Shown piece after piece: positions 9,100-16,056 of a DNA stretch of 30,736 bases. A program made the translations under genes and the position numbers. The stretch covers positions 1 through 30,736 of the IMG/VR virus record IMGVR_UViG_3300028883_000027. One strand, given 5' to 3'. This DNA is from a virus (taxonomy: Duplodnaviria > Caudoviricetes). Each line of letters begins with the position of its first letter. The stretch's first letter is position 1. Below the pieces are notes generated by a model. That model saw nothing but the letters and a program-made list of their open reading frames with translations, was not told the DNA's origin and made no database searches.

Positions 9100-9398
9100 T
9101 GTACAAATATTCTGTATCTAAAAGACTTAATGAATTTATAGAATCATTAAAAGATGAAAATAATCCTTATGCAGTAGAAATATTTAAAATTGGAAAGGAA
9201 ACAATCATTATTTATGAAGATTATGAACACGAACCAATTAAAAATTACAATAGTACTTTTAAAAAATATAAAACTCGAAAAAGACAGAAAGGATTTAAAC
9301 ATTCAGAAGAAACAAAGAAAAAAATATCAGAATCAAAAAAAGGTATTCCAATTACTGAATTACATAAACTTAAAATAAAAGCAGGAAAAGCAAAATGA
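9099..9398 (+). CDS. NUMOD3-motif protein (possible homing endonuclease remnant)
   Basis: KGFKHSEETKKKISESKKG is a canonical NUMOD3 motif; no GIY-YIG motif visible. Confidence 0.65.
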   Translation: MYKYSVSKRLNEFIESLKDENNPYAVEIFKIGKETIIIYEDYEHEPIKNYNSTFKKYKTRKRQKGFKHSEETKKKISESKKGIPITELHKLKIKAGKAK

Positions 9399-10108
9399 AA
9401 GAAGGAATATCAATATTAATAGCAGCTTATAATGCTCAGGATTATATCGAGGAATGTTTAACTTCTATACAAAATCAAACATATTTTAAAGACCATAAGA
9501 ATTATGAAATTATTATAGGTATTGATGGTTGCGAATCTACATTAAATAAGGTTAAAGAAATTAAAGATAATTACTCCAATTTAAGAGTATTTTATATGCA
9601 TAAAAATAAAGGTGCTTATATAACTCATAATACTCTTTTAGATAAGGTCTCTTATGATTATATTTTAAAATTCGATGCTGATGATATTATGCTTCCGAAT
9701 ATGATAGAAGTATTAAAAAAAATAACTTCTTATGATATAATAAGATTTATGTGCAAAAAATATTATACTGCTACAAATACAACTGATAGAGAAATTCCTA
9801 AATATCCTGATGGTACACTAATGATGAGGCATAATGTTATTGAAAAATCAGGAGGATATATGCCTTGGTATATGGCAGCAGATACTGAATTTCTACATAG
9901 AGTTAAAGACCATTTTAAAATTCTTTATTTAAATGAGATACTTTTTTTAAGAAGAATACATAATGAAAGTTTATGTGCAAATCTAAATACAAACTTTAAT
10001 TCAGGTAATAGGCAGCATTATAAAGAAATGATAAAAATGTATGATAGAATACCGAATAGACCATTATTTATAGATAGAGTTATTAATGAAAATTATGAAG
10101 AAATATAA
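9395..10108 (+). CDS. GT2-family (GT-A fold) glycosyltransferase
   Basis: ISILIAAYNAQDYIEECLTSIQNQTY, IIIGIDG, NKG, FDADD (DxD), and a later AADTEF motif. Confidence 0.92.
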   Translation: MKEGISILIAAYNAQDYIEECLTSIQNQTYFKDHKNYEIIIGIDGCESTLNKVKEIKDNYSNLRVFYMHKNKGAYITHNTLLDKVSYDYILKFDADDIMLPNMIEVLKKITSYDIIRFMCKKYYTATNTTDREIPKYPDGTLMMRHNVIEKSGGYMPWYMAADTEFLHRVKDHFKILYLNEILFLRRIHNESLCANLNTNFNSGNRQHYKEMIKMYDRIPNRPLFIDRVINENYEEI

Positions 10109-10437
10109 TGGGAAAAAAGAGTAAAGGATATATTGACTTAAAAACTGTTGAAGGAAGACAAAAGTTCTATCAAACTAAAGAATGGAAAACTATTAGATTA
10201 ATAGTATTACAAAGAAATCCTTTTTGTGTTGAATGTAAAAAGAATGGTATTAATATATTGGCTACAGAAGTTGACCATATAGAGGACATTAAAGATGCTC
10301 CTGAAAGAATACTTGAGACAGATAATCTTCAAGGTCTTTGTAAGAAGTGTCACGCTAAAAAAACTTGGGATAAGCATAGGTACATCAAACCTACATATAC
10401 TCAGGTTAACAAAAAGTGGCAATTTTCACAAAAATGA
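10108..10437 (+). CDS. HNH endonuclease, HK97 gp74-like terminase accessory
   Basis: FYQTKEWK..R, CVEC, ATEVDHI, NLQGLCKKCHAKKT. Confidence 0.9.
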   Translation: MGKKSKGYIDLKTVEGRQKFYQTKEWKTIRLIVLQRNPFCVECKKNGINILATEVDHIEDIKDAPERILETDNLQGLCKKCHAKKTWDKHRYIKPTYTQVNKKWQFSQK

Positions 10438-10457
10438 TATGAATATATAAAATAAAA
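10414..10457 (+). promoter_or_regulatory. Bipartite promoter-like element, copy 2 (44-bp direct repeat with 12207..12250)
   Basis: AAGTGGCAATTTTCAC-N11-GAATATATAAAATAAAA; 40 of 44 bases identical to 12207-12250. Confidence 0.7.
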
Positions 10458-10469
10458 TATCATAAAATT

Positions 10470-10643
10470 ATGGAAGATATCAGTCCTACAATTAGATATT
10501 CAGGAAAAGATATCATAGAAATGTGGAAAAAAGATCCTATTAATTATGATGATAATTTAAATGAAGATGAAATAGAATATTATGGTTCTTTAATAAATAA
10601 ACTTAATGATTGGGGTGAAGAATATGATAATGTTTTTAATTAG
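10470..10643 (+). CDS. Small acidic hypothetical protein (57 aa), not in the ORF track
   Basis: MEDISPTIRYSGKDIIEMWKKDPINYDDNLNEDEIEYYGSLINKLNDWGEEYDNVFN*; ATG 29 nt after the GAATATATA start. Confidence 0.7.
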   Translation: MEDISPTIRYSGKDIIEMWKKDPINYDDNLNEDEIEYYGSLINKLNDWGEEYDNVFN

Positions 10644-10665
10644 CTTAATAATAAAATAATATATA

Positions 10666-10843
10666 ATAAAAATCCGTAGTAAGAGAATATACATTTCGTA
10701 GATACTGCATTATTTCATTATATAGTTTTTTTTTATTCTTTTATTCTTTTTACTACGGATTTTTATAAAAATATTCGTTTAGTGTTTCAAAAAATCCTTA
10801 TTAAAGAAACTTTGGTACGTAGGAGTATTTAATAAGGATTTTT
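10666..10843. repeat. Two adjacent inverted repeats sharing the motif AAAAATCC(G/T)TA(G/T)TAA; candidate origin or operator
   Basis: 17-bp perfect IR at 10666-10682 / 10750-10766 and 16-bp perfect IR at 10790-10805 / 10828-10843. Confidence 0.85.
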
Positions 10844-10863
10844 ATTAAAATAATTATTAATTA

Positions 10864-12015
10864 ATGCAAAAACAATATGGCATTTATTTTACAAAAGGAT
10901 TTATACTACTTATTGATGAATTACTTCAAGATTATTATGATAAGTCATTAAAAAAAGAAGACTTTCTTCACCTTTTTTATGTTCTTGAAAAATCAAATGA
11001 AGAGAATAATTTAGTCCCTTTACCAAGAAATATACGAAACAATTTTGGTAGGTCTAATGGTCAATGGAAATTTAAGAAAATGATTGATATTTTAGAGTAC
11101 TTAAATATTATTACTTCTACATCTTATTCTAATTATGAAGGAAAAAATTTCTGTAAATCTTATGGATATACAAATGAGTTTACTTCTAAAGTAATTGATA
11201 AAGAATTTGAACTTATTTTTTGTGAGATTTCTGAAAAAACTTATAACATAATTTACAAATACTCAAAAATACCTGAAGACCCTATTCTACTTAAACATTA
11301 TAATACAATCAAATCATTAGAAATTGATATGAATAAAGCTATTTCTTTTGCTAAACAATTTTCTAATGAAAAGTTCTTACGAGTAGTTCGAGATATTATT
11401 ACAATACACAATAAAGAGAATATCATTGTTACAGAGGATGAAAGAACCGGAAGAATATTCACTTCTTTTAATTTAATGAAGAAAGAACTCCGAGAATTTT
11501 GTTTATATCAAGGTGAGCCGCTTGATTCTCTTGACCTTAAGTCCTCTCAACCTTATCTCCTTTCATCTCTTTTACTTCAAGAATATCCTAATAATAAAGA
11601 AGTACAAAGATTTTATGAATTAGTTACTGATAGTGATTTATACGATTGGCTTATAGAAAACTGGGGATTTACTGATATCTTTTCTTACGATGAATCAAGA
11701 ACATTAGCAAAAAAGCTATTCTTCAACTATCTATACAAAAAAAATCAAGGAACTAATTCAGCTCAACAACTCATTTCAAAGGAATTTCCTGAAGTATATG
11801 AACTAATAAAGATTAAGAAAAGTACTGAGGAAATCTGGTTATCTCTTCAAAAATTAGAAGCTTCGATATTTATACCTGTTTGTAATGAATTCGTGGAGAA
11901 CGGGTGCTTATCAGTTCACGATAGTTTATATTTTCCGAAAGAATTTCGAGGAGATATCGAACGGGCTTTGAGAGAGAATTTTCATAAATTTAAATTAACT
12001 AAATATAGCCTATAG
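10864..12015 (+). CDS. Minimal family-A/T7-like polymerase-fold protein without exonuclease domains
   Basis: TGRIFT (pre-A), LDSLDLKSSQPYLL (motif A), DLY, RTLAKKLFFNYLY (motif B), FPEV, LQKLEASIF and LSVHDSL (motif C), in the expected order. Confidence 0.8.
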   Translation: MQKQYGIYFTKGFILLIDELLQDYYDKSLKKEDFLHLFYVLEKSNEENNLVPLPRNIRNNFGRSNGQWKFKKMIDILEYLNIITSTSYSNYEGKNFCKSYGYTNEFTSKVIDKEFELIFCEISEKTYNIIYKYSKIPEDPILLKHYNTIKSLEIDMNKAISFAKQFSNEKFLRVVRDIITIHNKENIIVTEDERTGRIFTSFNLMKKELREFCLYQGEPLDSLDLKSSQPYLLSSLLLQEYPNNKEVQRFYELVTDSDLYDWLIENWGFTDIFSYDESRTLAKKLFFNYLYKKNQGTNSAQQLISKEFPEVYELIKIKKSTEEIWLSLQKLEASIFIPVCNEFVENGCLSVHDSLYFPKEFRGDIERALRENFHKFKLTKYSL

Positions 12016-12206
12016 GTAATAATATCCCTATATGTGGTACACTTTTCATTAATTTATTCATTCTTAATTATATATACACATAAGAATTTTTAATCATTTA
12101 AGGGCACTCAGGGCCCTCTCGAAGCATCTAAATTTTAACAATTACTTAACAATCAAGCTATTCCACAGGTCATCGATATTGATTATATTTAATTATATCT
12201 TACATT

Positions 12207-12250
12207 AAGTGGCAATTTTCACTTAAATGAAAAGAATATATAAAATAAAA
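12207..12250 (+). promoter_or_regulatory. Bipartite promoter-like element, copy 3
   Basis: AAGTGGCA at 12207 and GAATATATAA at 12234, a 27-nt offset as in the other copies. Confidence 0.7.
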
Positions 12251-12255
12251 GAACT

Positions 12256-12573
12256 ATGGAAGGCAAATATTTAATAACAACAGATAACTGGTTTTATGCA
12301 CCTGATGGCAAACAATATAGAGCTGCTTGGGGTGAAGTAGAAATAGTAGAAGATAATATTCTTGGAATTAAAACAAATAGAGTAAGCACAAATTGGTTTG
12401 CTAAAATAGGTGATGATAAAAAGTATATTATAATTGCTGGATGTCAAATTCATTATGCCATAAAATGTGAGAATAAACCTAATATAAATGATGTAGAAGA
12501 TTGGAGTACTATAGCAGAAAAAGAATGTGTAATTTATAAAAGACCTACAACTATCTATATAGCTGAAGAATAA
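12256..12573 (+). CDS. Hypothetical phage protein
   Basis: 105 aa with W/G/C-rich motifs (TTDNWFYAPDG, IIAGCQIHYA); AGAACTATG start. Confidence 0.8.
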   Translation: MEGKYLITTDNWFYAPDGKQYRAAWGEVEIVEDNILGIKTNRVSTNWFAKIGDDKKYIIIAGCQIHYAIKCENKPNINDVEDWSTIAEKECVIYKRPTTIYIAEE

Positions 12574-12770
12574 TGAAAAAGAATAAGCCTAAAAATAATG
12601 ACTATAAAAAGCGTGAAAAAGCTTTTTGTGAATTTGAAAAATTTCCAGAATGGATTCGTAATGAATTAATGACTGAACATATTCACTTTAATGAATATGA
12701 CATATATTATAGTGAATATACTGTTGTAAACGTTATTAAAAAACTATTGAGGAATAATGAAAAAAATTAA
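12573..12770 (+). CDS. Hypothetical protein
   Basis: 65-aa ORF coupled by a TAATG overlap. Confidence 0.6.
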   Translation: MKKNKPKNNDYKKREKAFCEFEKFPEWIRNELMTEHIHFNEYDIYYSEYTVVNVIKKLLRNNEKN

Positions 12771-12849
12771 TAAAGAATTTGGAGCACCATATATTACTAA
12801 AATTGAAGGTATTTTATATGATTCATAATAAAATATAAAAAATAGAACT

Positions 12850-13284
12850 ATGAAAACAATTAAAGAACGAACATTATGGATTATATACCTGATTATAATA
12901 TTAGGTGTGGTATTAGCTTTTACTTCTTGTGAAAAAGAACCTATAGAATTTAAAGAATATTGTATTGATTGTTACTTATATGAAATAGAAAAAGTAAGAG
13001 CAATAATAGATAATTCTAATGATCCAACTTCTGCTCCTTGGTATTTTGAATATACTTATTATATAGATACTTTAAATGTAACATTATTTGAGACATTTTG
13101 TAATTATACAGATTATGAGCTTAATGTTTTAATACCAGAATTTGAATTAGAAAAAGGATGGGAATATACAACAATATATAGCTCTTTATCTAATGGAAAG
13201 TATAAACCTATATATTATAATGATATTCCATATTTTGAAGTAGATATAACATCTATAGGAAAAATAATATGTAATATACAATAA
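12850..13284 (+). CDS. Putative lipoprotein with a Bacteroidota-type signal
   Basis: Basic N terminus, hydrophobic core, lipobox-like AFTS-C, then charged EKE. Confidence 0.75.
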   Translation: MKTIKERTLWIIYLIIILGVVLAFTSCEKEPIEFKEYCIDCYLYEIEKVRAIIDNSNDPTSAPWYFEYTYYIDTLNVTLFETFCNYTDYELNVLIPEFELEKGWEYTTIYSSLSNGKYKPIYYNDIPYFEVDITSIGKIICNIQ

Positions 13285-13742
13285 TGAAGCCTAAGATTAA
13301 TTATCATTATACTATATCCTATAATCCAATATATACATTTAAGTATATTCAATATAATGATATTGTAGATGAAACCTGTTATAAAGGAAGAGTAGAGCAT
13401 AAACTTCCTAAGCTTATAGAGAACTTAAAGAATAATCCAGATTCAAGACAAGAAGTTATAATGACTCATAATAATGAGAACTATGCCTGTCTTTTGAGCA
13501 TACAGTTTCTTATACACAAAAAGAAATTAATAATGATAGCTAACTTCAGGTCTGAATGTAAAATAAATGGAAGACCAATTGATAAGATGATGTTATCATA
13601 TTGGGCTACTAAGGTACAAGAATCTTTAGGTCTTAAAAGATTTAAGATATATTGTAATGTAGGTAATTATCATATCAATAAAGGATATACAGATGGAAGA
13701 CAAACAAATCAAGAGTTACATAATAAAAAATATTTAGAGTGA
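13284..13742 (+). CDS. Miniature, divergent thymidylate synthase / dCMP hydroxymethylase superfamily protein
   Basis: LIENLKNNPDSRQ, ACLLSIQF (catalytic Cys), NFRSEC, GRPID and GNYHI match TS motifs in order; only 152 aa. Confidence 0.75.
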   Translation: MKPKINYHYTISYNPIYTFKYIQYNDIVDETCYKGRVEHKLPKLIENLKNNPDSRQEVIMTHNNENYACLLSIQFLIHKKKLIMIANFRSECKINGRPIDKMMLSYWATKVQESLGLKRFKIYCNVGNYHINKGYTDGRQTNQELHNKKYLE

Positions 13743-13784
13743 ATATATATACTGTGATAATATAATACAATTTTTTTCCAGTCG

Positions 13785-13826
13785 AAGAGTCCAGTGAAGT
13801 ATAGTAGCTGGGCTCTTTTGTTTTTT
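13785..13826 (+). terminator. Intrinsic terminator
   Basis: AAGAGTCCAG / CTGGGCTCTT stem with one G-U pair, followed by TTGTTTTTT. Confidence 0.75.
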
Positions 13827-13835
13827 ATTTTTAAA

Positions 13836-13980
13836 AGAGGGGGTAGTTGAAATGATAGGGGTCCCAGGTATCTATATACACCACTCTATTTTTTTCACAC
13901 TAAAATCACTTTTCCTGGAAGTAGGGGTTTTAAGTTATTCATTTCTATCTATCTCCTGATGCATCTCGATACATCTCCTA
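13836..13980. other. Candidate cos/packaging region
   Basis: Non-coding, with G-runs (GAGGGGGTAG, TAGGGG twice), TTTTTTTCACAC and three ATCTC repeats, directly upstream of terS. Confidence 0.45.
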
Positions 13981-14025
13981 AAATAATACTATAAATGAAT
14001 ATATATACAAAATAAACCATTTATT

Positions 14026-14364
14026 ATGAATAATAAGTTACGAGAAGCCCTTATAGAGCACTTAACTCAAAAGGGCAATTATGACTCTAATGTAGATGAT
14101 ATTCAAATAGACATTTTGTTAGATAACCTTGAGTTTGCAAAGGAACTTAAGGCACAAATAAAAAGAGAAGGACTTATAGTTACCATCTCTAATGGTAATG
14201 GTATTGCAACCACAAAACAAAATCCTGCATTTGGTACTTATGATAGAGTTACCAGTATCATATTTCAATGTTGTGTCAAACTTGGAATAAATCGAAAAGA
14301 TAGAATAATGCTTAAACTAATAGAAGAGAAAAATAAAGATGACTTTGACCAAGATTTTAACTAA
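14026..14364 (+). CDS. terS: Terminase small subunit (P27-like)
   Basis: IKREGLIV...KQNPAF...KLGINRKDR pattern; overlaps the start of terL. Confidence 0.85.
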   Translation: MNNKLREALIEHLTQKGNYDSNVDDIQIDILLDNLEFAKELKAQIKREGLIVTISNGNGIATTKQNPAFGTYDRVTSIIFQCCVKLGINRKDRIMLKLIEEKNKDDFDQDFN

Positions 14365-16024
14365 AGAAGAATACATAAAACAATGTTGGCAGGCGGCAAG
14401 TGATTATTGTGAAGGTGTAGAGGATGGTACTATAAATACAAATGATAATATAAAACTTGCTGTAAGAAGACACGTTAAAGATATTCAAAGAAGAGACTTA
14501 GAATGGAGACCTGAGGCAGTAGAGAAAGTCTTTAAGTTCTTTAGTTATTTATATGTTGATAAAGATAAACGTTTTATTCTTGAGCCATTTCAGGCATTTA
14601 TCATCCTTGCATTATTTGGATTATACTATAAAGACACAAATACAAGGAAATATTTATATGCTTTTCTTTTTGTTGGAAGAAAAAATGGAAAGACAACATT
14701 TTGTGCTGCATTACAATTGTACTTTATGTTGGCAGATGGAGTTAATTTTCCTTCATCTATATTGATTGCAGGTTCACAAAATCAAGCAAATGATACATCA
14801 TTTAGAGCATTACAAGAAATAATAAGTTGTTCTCCTGTTCTTTCGAAAAGATTAGAAGCAATGCGGTCTAATAAAATTATATTCAAAGACCGTTCAAGAT
14901 TTGGTTGGTGTAAAACAGTACCTGCAATTTCTGAAAGACTTGAAGGATTAAATCCTACATCAGCAATATGTGATGAGTTACATACATATAAAGACCCTCA
15001 AAAATTTAATGTAATTAAGAATGCTTTAGGAACTAAAGAGAATCCTATGCTATTTCTAATTTCTACGGCAGGTTATGGAAAAGAATCTTTTTGTGCTCAA
15101 CTTGTAGAAACAGGAAGAAATGTATTAAGAGGTGTATCATCTGATGATAGATTTTTCTACTTATTATATGAATTGGAAGAAGGAGATGATATTGAGGATG
15201 AAAGTGTATGGATTAAGGCAAATCCAGCATTAGGAACTATCCTTGATATGAAATTATTTAAAGACCAATTCAACACAAATAAAACAATTCTATCATTATT
15301 TGATGATTTTGTTACGAAAAGGTTTAATATATTCCTTGAAGAGAACTCCCAATGGATTCAAAATAACACATTATTAGAGGCATTTGGAACATTTTCGGAT
15401 GAAGATGTTAAGGAATTACCTTGTTATATTGGTGTTGACCTATCAGCTACAAGAGACTTAACATCAATTGTATGTTTATGGGATGGTGGAGATAGATTCT
15501 ATGCTAAAGCAACCTTCTTTTTTGTGAAACGTGATGACAATGTTTTAAGAAAAGGAAACATTGATATAAATACTTGGATTAGAGAAGGTGACATTATTCC
15601 TTGTGAAACTCAAACTATAGATTATGACCTTGTTAAAGAACATTTATTAGAAATTAATAAGAAGTACAATATTATAGGAATTTATTATGACCCTTGGCAC
15701 TTTGATAGACTTTTAAATGAAATGAAAAATGAAGGAATATGGTGTGTTCCTATTGCACCTGGCGTAAGGAATTTTGATGGTGCAATTAGGTTTATAGAAG
15801 GCTTGTTTTATGAGAATTTAATGAATATATATTTAAATAAATGTATGGTTTGGAACTTTCGTAATGTAGTTCTATTCAAGGATATGAATGGCAATATGAA
15901 ACTAAACAAAAATAAAAGTAATGATGCTATTGATGGTGTTATTTCTCTTCTAAATGCTATTTGTGGTTATCTGAAACAGAATACTAATGCGAATGCTCTA
16001 TTCTTTAAATCATTAAAAGCATAA
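14339..16024 (+). CDS. terL: Terminase large subunit
   Basis: LEPFQAF, Walker A GRKNGKT, Walker B AICDELH, ISTAG, nuclease GVDLS..DLT and IDG. Confidence 0.97.
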   Translation: MTLTKILTKEEYIKQCWQAASDYCEGVEDGTINTNDNIKLAVRRHVKDIQRRDLEWRPEAVEKVFKFFSYLYVDKDKRFILEPFQAFIILALFGLYYKDTNTRKYLYAFLFVGRKNGKTTFCAALQLYFMLADGVNFPSSILIAGSQNQANDTSFRALQEIISCSPVLSKRLEAMRSNKIIFKDRSRFGWCKTVPAISERLEGLNPTSAICDELHTYKDPQKFNVIKNALGTKENPMLFLISTAGYGKESFCAQLVETGRNVLRGVSSDDRFFYLLYELEEGDDIEDESVWIKANPALGTILDMKLFKDQFNTNKTILSLFDDFVTKRFNIFLEENSQWIQNNTLLEAFGTFSDEDVKELPCYIGVDLSATRDLTSIVCLWDGGDRFYAKATFFFVKRDDNVLRKGNIDINTWIREGDIIPCETQTIDYDLVKEHLLEINKKYNIIGIYYDPWHFDRLLNEMKNEGIWCVPIAPGVRNFDGAIRFIEGLFYENLMNIYLNKCMVWNFRNVVLFKDMNGNMKLNKNKSNDAIDGVISLLNAICGYLKQNTNANALFFKSLKA

Positions 16025-16056
16025 AAAAATATATATAATAAAATAATGATACATAT

